DNA of 64,000 nt from Spironucleus salmonicida. Lineage: Eukaryota. The stretch spans positions 372,001-436,000 of the forward strand of contig NC_090602.1 of assembly GCF_000497125.1 (NCBI RefSeq), read 5' to 3'. The notes beneath the pieces were generated by a model. It made no database searches. It was not told the origin of the DNA and saw nothing but the letters and a program-made list of their open reading frames with translations. Made by a program: the position numbers and the translations under genes. This document shows, one piece after another, positions 38,250-50,200 of this stretch (its first letter is position 1; each line of letters begins with the position of its first letter).

Positions 38250-39197
38250 ATGCTCCAGATTATATTGATTAGTGTTGTTTTTGTCATTGCGATAGTAGCC
38301 TCCATATACTTCGCTATTAGAATTCCACCAAATTATATATTGACTACTAGCAGCCATTCAAAGCCTGTTCTAGATTCTGTGAAAATATTTAATAGCAGAA
38401 ACTATGCTCCGATATCGGTTTAAGCGCCAGAGTTTATTGTCTTTACTGATATTAGTAATAAAGATATTAAATATAAATTTTATTAAACTGATTCTCCTTT
38501 GGCGCCTATTTTGGTTATTCAACCAAACTTTTCTATATCTATATTAGATCCTGTTAAAAAATTAGCAGTAACCTCTGGAAGATCAGTTTATGCTTTGTTA
38601 GGTGGGTATGAGTTTTCTACTGACTAGATCATTAAAGAATTAGAAGTTATGTTAGATATAATAAATAAACCTACTTTTTTAGTCACTTATGGTACTGGCT
38701 CTAATAGAATCCTTCAGGCAATTTAATAATAAAGATTTGGTTCTGTCATTAAAATTTTTGCTTGTTATTGTTCATTTGATGCTTTGGCCCCAATGTTCTG
38801 GTCTACTAAAGTTATCACATAATAGAATCTAGTTATTTAAAATTGGTTGAAGTTAAATGGTTAAAACTTAGTTAACTCATAATAAATATCAGCATTTGAA
38901 CTTAAAAATATAGTAAAGTCTACCAACATTTAAGTTGGATTTGATACACTCATCTCAAGAAATTTAGAAACTAATGTTGAAGAATATTACATGTAAAATT
39001 GCTAATTTGATAAACTTGATACCATTTAAAACGAAGTCGTTTTTATTAATAGTAATAGCGATTAAAGAACTGGGAGAATATTTCCTGACCACGGTAATTT
39101 GGTAAAAATTAATTATGGCGAATACATGAAATGTTATGTTAGAGGTAGCTCAGATGTTGTTAGTATCCTTATAAGTCTTTTAATATAGGATCAGTGA
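38250..39197 (+). CDS. Membrane-anchored alpha/beta-hydrolase-like protein (ABHD1-3/YheT-like), degenerate active site
   Basis: N-terminal TM; FDTLISR...VEEYYMQNCQFDKLDTIQNEVVFINSNSD; FLVTYGTG at the GxSxG position; 315 aa. Confidence 0.6.
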
Positions 39198-39247
39198 TAT
39201 AAGTTGACTAATATCTTTATATACTCTATGACCAAAATTGTAGGATA

Positions 39248-40726
39248 TCAAAAATATCCTACATTGATAATTTAATTTTACTGTTATATATGATCTCTAA
39301 GTTAATCTATTAAATATCTATACTATAATATTTACTAGTGAGCATTTATATACAAAGGATTTTCTGCTTTTTAAAACAGTTCGTGTTAATGAAATACAAT
39401 ATTAAGTTATTATTTAAGTTCATTGTTTGATATTTACAGAGCAATGAGTTAATCTTGAGCATTTCCTTGCATATTATTGTAGATTTTTCTTAACAAATGT
39501 AATTATTCAACTACAGTTTTTTAATCGTCCGGCGACCCTTATAAAACTTTATTACACTAATGTTGTTATGTTTATAATTTTAGCAATGATATTTCTTATG
39601 ACTACAAAACATTTTGTTATTTATAATAATTAAGCTCAGGGGATTGTAATTAAACGTCTAATGCTGCTTAATCATTTGCTGAATATAAAGCATCCTCTAG
39701 TCTCTAAATATAGATTTACTATGACTAGTTAATTTTAAGGAGATTCTATTGTCGTATATTTTATGGTGTAATGTCCGCTTCTTGGTTATCTTATTTATTG
39801 GTTGTATTAAGAACTTCTTCCCGAATATCATTAAGTTCCCGTCGGAGCTAAACATTTTACTTATATTTAAAAGAATTGGACTTGTTTTATTTCTCTATAA
39901 TCTCATCTTTCGTTTAAATGTCAATTTTGTAGTCATATATTTCTAATTAAGCCTATTCTAATAATTCACATTTTTATTATAATTAGGTTTCTAATAGGAT
40001 ACATTTTTATTTGTAAAACTATTCTTCCTTTAAAAGTACTCCTGCAATTTAGTCAACCTCGTCTTTTAAATACTCAACTTCATTTGTAGATTTTTAATAC
40101 TCTTACATAATTGAAGATAAATTATCCAAATTTTAGCTTACACTAAGTTTTTAGGTTTCTATTTATCCATTTTTAAGCTTAAGATATTTAATTTCTTATT
40201 ATTTACTTTAATTTAATTTAAGAAGACCTTATATCTCTATCTACTAATCGTGAATAAGTAAGTCTTTAATCAAAATTTCTTTATTAAATGTCTCAAAAAC
40301 TTATTTATGTTTCTAATTTTTAGGTATATTAGTATCAAAAACTACAGTTCTTAATTTCTATACCTCTAATTTCAATTGCTTATTTAAATTAACTGATTCT
40401 TGTAATTTATTTCGCATCTGAAAAAAATTATCTGACTTTTATTTCAAATATATAATTAATTAGTAAATTTCATTATAAAAATGCGACAAAGGTAAATTTT
40501 TAACATCATATAAACATTAATTTGCAGATTTTAGTTATTTCTTAATATCTGTTAGCTGACTTAGAAAATCTAATTTAAATTTTTAACATTATTAAAATTA
40601 GTCTTATATTTAAACTTTATATTCGATACACAGATTTTATTACTACTATATTTATGATTATTGTCCTACTATCTTCTTTTTCAGCATCCCTATTAAAACT
40701 AATTCATTATCTCTTTCCACTTCCAT
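39248..40726 (-). CDS. Gln-rich coiled-coil protein, 492 aa
   Basis: Code-6 ORF MEVERDNELV...NVGYF*, ends in frame; very many TAA/TAG codons. Confidence 0.75.
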
Positions 40727-40774
40727 TTATAGCGGAAACATATATAATATTATAATATATAATAACCTCTAAAA

Positions 40775-42367
40775 ATGAACTTACCTATAACACAGTATTT
40801 AGATTAAATTTTAACAGAAATACATAATAATAATCGATTAGTTATAACTGCTCCTCCTGGAACTGGAAAATCAACAATACTACCAGTTTTCCTTCAATAA
40901 AAATTTCCAAAACATAAAATACTTCTAACATAGCCAAGACGTTCTGCCGTTCTTTCAATATCAAATTTTATTAACTGCAGTTATATGGTAAGATTTGACA
41001 CTAAAATAATACCCAAATAAAATATAACAGTCCTTACTGAAGGGTTCTTGCTAAAAATCATGCATTAAATTAATTTTGATATTCTTATTATAGATGAAGC
41101 ACATGAACTTACTGATGATCTAATACTAATTCTTTCTATGATTTAAGAATCAAAGAAAACAATAGTAATCATGTCTGCGACTATAAATGCAAAAGCATTT
41201 GCGAATTACTTAAATTGTAATGCATTATCAATCGAAATTCCTTAAGTATTTAAGGTCTAAAAAGTTTTTTCAAGTCATGTGGATAACTATGCATTGAATT
41301 ATAAAGAAAATATGATTACTCTAGTCAAAAGTGCTCTGTAAATCGGTCCAACACTAGTATTTCTACCTGGATTTGCTGAAGTAAACTGGATGTATTAAAT
41401 ATTTTAGAGGGAAGAATCTGTTAAGATAACATCAAAATCCACGTCATAAGATGTTTTAAAGGCCATGAATGCAAGGTTAATCTTGGCAACAAATGCTGCT
41501 GAAACATCAATAACATTTCCATAGCTTATCTGTGTGGTAGATAGCGGCTTGGTACGAGTGAAAATGGAAAAATTTAATAGTCCAGCCCTTGAAATTTAGA
41601 TAATCGATAAATTTTCTAGAGGGTAGAGAATTGGGCGTGTTGGTAGAGTATAAGATGGAGTATATTTTGCAGGATACAGTGAAATATAAAGTCGTGAGAT
41701 TGAGGATACCTGTAAAAAGAAGGAATGGTTTGAGTATTTAAAATATATTAATTTATTGAGCTTACGAAAATGCTAGTTCATTATACCTCCAAAATTATCT
41801 GGTTTACTAATAAATATTGAAAAATTACGAAGATTTTAATTAATTAATAATTAATTTTAACTTAATGATATTGTAAGAAAATTGGAAATGCTCGGTTCTG
41901 TAGAAAGGATATAACTTTTCGCAGAGAGTGGTTAAATAAAAATTGAATATGATGGAATTAGTTTTTAAAAAGGTATAGCTATAATGCTTAATTTTATCAT
42001 AAATAGCGAACAATTTTAATACAAAGGAAACGATGGTGATTTTGTCTTAAGTTTTTAAGAAGGTTTGAAACTATATAAAATGGGTGAACAAAAAATAAAA
42101 TCAAATGTCGATTTCATGATGGCAGAGTGTGCTAAATATCAAAAATTAGAATAAGTAGGCTTAAAGTAATATACTGATAAAATATAAAAACTGATAAGAT
42201 AAGTGTATAGCAATAACATTGTTGAGTATAATTTAGGATGGAAGTTAGATAATCAGGAAGTGTTTCTTAGTAGAAATACTTCAGTCATAAGCAAGAAGAT
42301 ATGTTATGAGAATGTTTTCATTATCGATAATATTATACATTTATGTGTATGCTAAGATGAGTAGTGA
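40775..42367 (+). CDS. DEAH-box RNA helicase (reduced)
   Basis: APPGTGKST, TQPRR, TEG, DEAH, MSAT, LVFLPG, ATNAAETSITF, VVDSG, QRIGRVGR; 530 aa. Confidence 0.96.
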
Positions 42368-42484
42368 GTACAATTGTGTTTGAAGATATTTCATAGCAAA
42401 GAATTCTTATTTGTTTAATTACTAAAAACTTAATAATAATAACATACTATAAATAACTAATATCTTAAAAACGTGTTTTCATTA

Positions 42485-42820
42485 ATGCGTACCTACACAA
42501 AATTAACACAGATAAAGAATATTATTAAGCCATCACTAAATTTAGGAGGTAAAGATCTAATTCCAGATTATTCAATCAAATTTATACCAAGACAAGATAT
42601 GACTGAATATACCAAGCTTAGAACCATGGCAATCGAGGATGAGTTTATGAGGACTGAATTAGGCAAGGACACCGATCGCTAATAAGCATTAAATTATTAA
42701 AAGCCTAAACCAAGACCCATATAAAATACAAAGATCAAATCTTAGATGATAGCTTGTAGGGGAGATATTTATTTAAGATGGAAATAAAATGCAAATTTAG
42801 TAGAATTCAAGGTATAATGA
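42485..42820 (+). CDS. Hypothetical protein, 111 aa
   Basis: MRTYTKLTQI...VEFKVQ* in code 6. Confidence 0.6.
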
Positions 42821-42919
42821 TTGTTAGTGTATTGGTATATACTTGGATTGTGATTTTATAAATTTGTATTGATGAAACACCATAAATTTATAATGCAAAC
42901 ATATAACTAAACACAAACT

Positions 42920-43300
42920 TCACTTATATTCAGACTAAAATTATCTCAACTGTTAATTTTGCGATATAATTTATTTCTATTATATTTCTATTGTTTTTTA
43001 AGCAATATCTTGTTATGTTTACAGTTAGCTGATCATCAAACTTTACGTGAAATTTTACTTATTTTGAATCATAAGCTCATTTTTAAGGGTATTAATTTTA
43101 TCTTGGGCTATTTTTAAAGATTTTTATTACAATTTACAAGCTTTAGATAAATTGACCATATGATCATTGCTAACTATTTAACTAGATGAATTTGTTGACT
43201 CTATAACAGAGTAATCTTAAATATCCGAATGTGTAATAGTATTATTAAGGTTAGAGGCTTCAATGACTATGTTAGATCCAAATATATGCTTTTCAGCCAT
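42920..43300 (-). CDS. Small coiled-coil protein, 126 aa
   Basis: MAEKHIFGS...QSEYK*; C-rich upstream element; AAG-TGA end. Confidence 0.7.
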
Positions 43301-43433
43301 TTAAGAGGAGTGGTGCTGTACCTATCAATATTTATAAAATAATAGTTAGAATATTTAAATATTTTTAAATATAGAAATTTAATTATTATATCGCAATTAA
43401 CCAGTAAATCAGCCCTTTCCTTTCACAAAAATT

Positions 43434-43925
43434 ATGTCTAAAAACCTCTTCATTGCTGAAAATTGTCCTATTGCTATATTAGGCTATCAAATACGTGATC
43501 CTGATAATAAAAAGGTATTCTTCTCTCGTGGATCTTCTCTTGGGCCTTAGTGTGGTGACTGTGCACCGATCCCTAATATTCCAGTTGAATTTGGTATTGC
43601 CTACACCTTGCCTTTAGACTTTTTGAAAGTTAAAATGATTGCATCATAAGTGCTTTTTGCGAATGTCACTGATACTCCATTGATTGATTTGAAGTTAGAA
43701 GAAACTCACTATTTATAGGGTAAAGAACTTTAGAAATTTTCTTTCGAATTAGGCTTTGTTCCCCCTAGAACTCAAAATACTTGGGAACATATTTATTAAC
43801 CTGAATTTAAAAAAGACAAAAAGTTTGAAACTAATGCATCTAAAGGTCCATGGGAAGTGGAGACGCGCATGTTTGTAGCAGGCAAGGAAGTCATGTTTAC
43901 TAAGGCTTAGCTTAATTTTTAGTGA
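43434..43925 (+). CDS. UNC119: UNC119/PDE6-delta family lipid-cargo adaptor
   Basis: YQIRDPDN, YTLPLDFLKVK, EETHYFIGKELQKFSFELGFVPPRTQNTWEHIY, MFTKA; 163 aa. Confidence 0.85.
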
Positions 43926-44008
43926 GCGCGTTTGATTGTTTTCTTCAGCATCCATTGTATGATAATTAAATATAATATTAATAGTAGCATCCACTTCAAT
44001 TTCGCAAA

Positions 44009-44602
44009 ATGTCTAAAAAACCATTTTAGATGATTGTACAGCTAGTCCGGACTCAAATTTACGCAGAAAAACTATTAAAAAAGCACACTGTCGAAGAAGC
44101 ATAATCAAATCTCCAAGAGCTCATGGCAAAATATGATTGGATAGCTCAGGCTTCCCCTTCGATAGAGCAGGGTACTCGCCCTCTCAAACCGCGAGAACTT
44201 GTCCCAAGAATAATACTTATTGACTAAGAAGGTGGCAATAAATAGCAATCACAATAGTAATAACGACAGTAAAAAATCGAAAAACCACAATAGCCAGTAA
44301 AGGCAGTTCCAAAGTCCCCTAAACCTCCGTAATAATAAGTAGAAGATCTAGCTGCATCTGATTTAAAAAGTTCAAAATTCGATCCTTCAGCTGCTCAAGT
44401 TGATCCAAATGATAGTCGTGTACCATGCTAGTATTGTTAGCGTAGATTTGATGCAGATCGTGTGGAGAAACATGAAAACATATGCTCTGAGAGCCCTACA
44501 AAGAAGGCAGCAGCTGAGAAACGTAAGCAAGCAGTCAATAAGTCAATTAGTAAAAGGACATATAACTCAGGGAATGAAACAGTATCAGTCAAGAAGAAGT
44601 GA
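44009..44602 (+). CDS. C2HC-type zinc-finger protein (ZC2HC1-like)
   Basis: RVPCQYCQRRFDADRVEKHENIC; 197 aa. Confidence 0.85.
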
Positions 44603-45604
44603 TTCTGTTTGTTTAACTAAGCTACAAACCAATTCTAACTTATGCTGCTACAACAAAATACCTAAAATAAGAAATTAAGATTTTTTATTGTAAATATTTA
44701 TATTTATATTTTTAACGTCAAATACATTGAACTTAAGTATAACAGGGAGTACCAATTCTTCATACATATTTGAATTAAGAAAATCGATGTCACTATCATT
44801 TAATTTTGTGTTTTAGCTAAGTTTTTCAGTAATTTAAAGTATAGTATACCCAAAGAATATTTTAACTTGATTGCAAATATATAAATCTTTACATATATAT
44901 TCTTCAAGCTAAAAAAGCTCTTACTTTCTTAATTTACAAAGTTATTTTTTTTCATATCCTTTAAGGCTTCTATTTTATAGAATCAGTGCAATTTAATTTA
45001 TATTTAAAGCATTGACAGCAACCTAAAATGCTTCTTCACTATAAAATCCTATTTCCGTTTGCCCTGAAGCAATGAGAATTAAACTATTAAACACTATATA
45101 TAAATCATCATTTTCAAGCTTATGCAATACACTATGGCACAAGTTAGTATATTTTAAGTAATTAACATGATTAAGTAATGCATCTTTTAAAAACTCTTTA
45201 AAAATTATACTTTCTATAAGTTGAGTTGTTTTATGCTAAAATGCTATATTAACTAATTATTTATAATAATTTCGTATTTACTTTTATAAAATTTTTATTG
45301 CTACGAAATCGGCATCTTTTTTTTGATATGAACTAAGTAGAATTTGCTAAATTGCTAAGTCAAAATTATTGAATTAAACAGAAATATAGAGTAATGCTCT
45401 TTTGGAAGCAGGAGATGTCGGTATAATAGTGGCATAAATAACTTTGATCTCTGAATCAACTTCAGAATATTATAACAGTATCTTCGATGCATAAAACAGG
45501 TATAGATTTGGGTTTTATATTTTTAATATAGATAAAATCTATAAGCTTGTTTCAATTGAATGAGATTTATAGGTATTTAGCATTGTAATATCGACTACTA
45601 GCAT
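44585..45604 (-). CDS. Hypothetical helical-repeat protein, 339 aa
   Basis: Code-6 ORF MLVVDITML...TESLLLD*; stop lies inside the neighbouring + strand CDS. Confidence 0.65.
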
Positions 45605-45649
45605 ATTAATAATGTTAATAAATTTAATATTATATTATATCTATGGAAA

Positions 45650-45922
45650 ATGAGACTTCTTTATGAATTGCCATCTGGAAACTATCATAGTACGGAATAC
45701 TAAGTTATTCTAGATACTGCAGTATAATAATTTTATGGCCTAAAAAATTCACTGGATTATAAACTCAGCGGTTGCGGTAATAGCAAACTAGAGATTACTT
45801 CAAAAGACTGGAAAAAAATTAGAGCTGCTCTGGCCTTCTTAGAGTTAACAGTAAACAATAAACACATAAAATTCACTCTTGTAGCCTCATATATAGCTTC
45901 GACGAACTTTAATATGATCTGA
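45650..45922 (+). CDS. Small protein resembling Pop8/Rpp14/Pop5 (RNase P/MRP subunit)
   Basis: ILDTAVQQFYG...LEITSKDWKKIRAALAFL...IKFTLVAS; 90 aa. Confidence 0.5.
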
Positions 45923-45923
45923 T

Positions 45924-47156
45924 TCACATTCTTTTCACTTTGTCCATAGCCTCTATTATATCCTTACATCTAAAAATAGTTTAATGCTCAAAAAGAAAGC
46001 TTCTAATACCCATTTCATTCATAACATGAATAACTTTACTTCCTGTACCACACATGAGTCTAAACAAACTAACAAATTTACCTACTAACTTCATTTTTTG
46101 CTTAACAAAACACCACTAAATTGTTTCACTGATGCAGAATATTTGATCGTTATCAAAATTACCCGCGAAATCATAGTAATAAAAATTAGTGAATATATCA
46201 CAGATTTCATCTACAAAATTTTTTTGTTTTAAAACTGAAAATAAAAACGTTAAAAATAGACTGTTTTATGCCATAACTCTAGATCCTTTTTCTGTACACG
46301 AAAGGTTAGTTAAAACGAAAAATATTGCGCTATCAATCTTATTAATGCTTTTACAAGAAATAAACAGTTTTTACATTCGGTAAATAAAACTCTGAGATCC
46401 AAGGTGAGAAAGAAGATTTTCGTTCATTGAGAAATTCAAAATGCATTTGAACGCCTCCTGAATGCATCGTTCAATTTTTATAGTTTTGATCTCGGTGAGT
46501 AGCTCCTCAACTTAATCAAAAATTACATCAAAATCAGCATTAATTGTGTCATCATTAAATCCTGTTTAGTAAATTGTTTAAAAAATAACAATCAAAATTT
46601 CTACATCCATTTCGTTTTCTTTATTTTTTAATAAAGAGATTAACATTTAATACTGAGACTAATCAAATTAAACATAAATTAAACTTGTAGAAAGAGCAAA
46701 AGTAGCGAATTTTTTAATTTTTTTGTTTTTAGTATCGAAAATCCTAGAAATAAACTCTTTACAATTATCATTTATCATGATCTTGCTAGTTTCATAATAC
46801 ATTAAATTTGATAGTAATACTAGTATTAGTTCTTACATTTCTATTCCATTTTTTAAATCAATTATCACATCATCAAATTCCTTTGAGATAAGAAATTTTG
46901 AGTATACTTAAAAGTGATCGCTGATAGCTAGATGAAGCTCAGGACAATCACTTTCTGTTAATTTAATTATAAGATATAGAGACTCTAATGCTAGATCGGA
47001 GTTCGACGTTTGCATAAACTAGAAAAGTAGAGCAAGGAGTAATGGCTAATCTGAGAATGACTTTGGAGCAGTAGTAAATACATTTAATTGCTTGATTGCT
47101 TCAACTTAGTGCGATTCAGATTGTGCCTAGGTTAATTTGGTAACTATGACATCCAT
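45924..47156 (-). CDS. Armadillo-like helical repeat protein, 410 aa
   Basis: Continuous ORF with LLSNL, CILNFS, VLTNLS, IFTNF helix-3-type motifs. Confidence 0.7.
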
Positions 47157-47267
47157 TTTAGGCGTTTTGGAAGAAAAGTTAATGAAAATTATAGGTACTG
47201 AATTATTATATAATAATTAAGTTATAATTTATACAAATAACGCAGATGTAATTATTTTATATTATAT

Positions 47268-50200
47268 ATGTTCTAGAACATAAAATAAATGCCCGAAGAA
47301 GGGTATAAGAATAAATATAAAATCAAAAATAATTAAGTTAATACAGTTACTACGTAACCTAGAAGTAATAGGAATTTTTCTAATAAAGGGCAAACTCTGA
47401 TTTGTAGTAAATAATCTCCTCTCAAAGTATCAAATATCAAAGTTTCTGATATTTAAAGTTATGTTTTTAACGAAAAAATTATCTCACTAATGTCTAAAGA
47501 TTCACTAATAATATAACGATACTACAGATATAAATATCAACTGCTTAGGTTGTCTGCGCTAACAGAATCTGCAGCATAAAGAATTTATATTATGAAATAG
47601 AATGCGTTTTAAGTATTAAAGACTATAATGAGGCTCAAATAATTAAAGACTTAATTCTTAGTTTATAGTATCTGGGACCATTATAAATAATTTTATATTT
47701 ATCAAAAAAAACTTAATGCAATGATGAAAACTGCCAGAAATTTTTTTGTTGGTAAATTTCTTAGATTATTGAAAAAATCATACACCAATTAATGCACATA
47801 ATACTCTAAGGCAAATAGTTATTGTAATATCATATTATTTAAACGAAGGTATATAACATTTAATTTTATAAGATATTATGCATATCTGTTTGTCTAAATA
47901 AGTTAATGCTAATCAATTAGTTAATTAGAAAAGTCACTTACTCCTAGTTTTGAGTTAGAGCACCCATCATATTTATTGTAAGTTTATTATTTAAACAAGA
48001 TTTATTCTATGTATAATTTTGAAAATACACTTAACCGCATCACCCTAAAAAATTCTGTCTTTATACATTGGTTTAATGCTTTGTAGATAAAACTATTTTA
48101 AAATAAAATAAGAGCAATATTATTAATTCGTTTTGCCTGCGAACCATTTAAATTTTGGAAAGATTAATCCACCGGTAGACACTCTGTTATGAAATATAGA
48201 TGGATGTATTGGCGATTTAGGATGTCTCGTAAAAAATAAAGCAAAAAAGAATTTTATTCCATTAAATTTAATGAGTATTATAAAAAGAATTAATTTTTCA
48301 CTAGATTAAAATAATATAATATGACAACTAATATTTTAAATAACATTTAAGGAGCCATTGCAGTCACTAATCTTCCAATTGTTACATTTATATTATCTTC
48401 GATCAATGATATTTCCAGTGGTGATACTATTGTTATATCAAAAAATAACTATGAGAGAAAAGATTTTAAAGGACAAGTTTACAAAAACTTAATTTAAAAT
48501 ACATGCGAAATAAGGTTTGATAATTATTAAAGAGAATATCAATTAAAATTTAAGTTATTTTTAAATCTAAAAGAAATAGTATATAAAAGGATTATTTTCT
48601 AGCGTATTTATTTATGTAGCACATCATATTTAAAATAAATAAGATTAAAAATTTGTCTAATAGGGTGGGTTAATAGCGTATAAGAAACAAAATACAAAAA
48701 ACAAGCAGTTAAAATGGAAAATATATAATTTTATTTGAATTAATAATTTTGGTAATCTACATAGTTTATTTACAATTCAGCATCATTTGGAAATCGTTTT
48801 GAATAATTATGTTAGTTTACCAGATAAACAGAATCAACTTTATTCTACAATAAATATCTTAAAATTATTTATTCGGCGAATAGTAAATAGCTCAGGCATC
48901 TTTATGATGATGAGTTTAAGAGCAACAAAGGAGAAGGTGACAATATGTTAGGGTTGATAATTATGATAAAATAGTTTTTATAGACTTATAAAGCCTAAAC
49001 ACTATAAAATGAGATAGAGTATATAGAAACATAACAATTTAAAAATGAATTAGATAATAATTATAATCAGCGAATATAAAAACTATAGCATTTTATTCCT
49101 TCAATATAAATACCTACATTATTTTATTTTTTAAAAAATTCGATAGAACCTAAACTTTTTATTTATAAAAAGCCATATTTTGCCAATTATTATAAAATGA
49201 CCAATTCTACAAAAAGAATTATAGCTAATATACGTTAGTTTATATACTAATCTAAATTTAATAACAATGTTTATAGATATTTACCTTATGAAAATTAATT
49301 GATCCCATATTTATCTTAATTTATATCGCTTTTTTGGAATAATATAGATTTATAGCAGCGTATTGAAAAATAATATATGTCAAATGTTTTTAATTCATAA
49401 CTATTATTGAGATTAGAAGAATACAATGATAAGGAGTATACATAAAAACTGAAACTATTGAACCATCTATTTCCAAAACCTGTAGCTTATAACTAAAGAT
49501 AGTTTGTAAAAACATTTAATTATATAATTCCCACCTAGTAGTAACTAAATGATTCAGATATACTTAACTTAGGGAAATTAATGAAATAGAATAATTTTGA
49601 TCTAAATGTGAGTCAATTTGCATAATTAAAATAAAAATTTATTCTTATTAGACCAAGTTATACTGTAAACGCTCATTTAGAATTTTCTTCAGCATTAAAA
49701 TCGATTGTTACCAATTATATAATCAACTAAGAAAGTGAAATAGATTAACTCTATAAAAGATTTCGTAAAGCAGAACTTAGTATCAAACCAACTATTTTAA
49801 GTGAATTATTAGATATACCTGCAGATATTCCTGTGTTTTCTAGTTAAATTACACTTTTTTCTCCAACAAAAGAATTTTTAAAAGGCACCTCAAAATCAGA
49901 AAAGTAATCAATTCTTAAAGAAACATAAATATCTAATTCACCGATTTATATCAACACAAGTATGGATAATTTAGATAAATAAAAATTATAGAAAAGAATT
50001 AGAAAATTGCAATAATAAATTGAATATTAATAGTAGAATTTAAATCTTTTATCTGTTGTTAAGGACTCTGATCTGGCTGATGAACTGATTAATAGCGTTA
50101 TGCTAACAAAAGATATAATAGACCCGAATCTTTAAGTATTGCTCACTAGCCCTGTCGTTTGGAAAGTCAAAGCTGTAGAGAGGGATGCAAGTATCAAAAA

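Noticed and set aside
9136-44602. Apparent cluster of flagellar/basal-body genes (CCDC61, TTLL, radial spoke head, UNC119, C2HC protein)
   Set aside because: Interspersed with unrelated genes on both strands; cytoskeletal genes are a large share of a flagellate genome.
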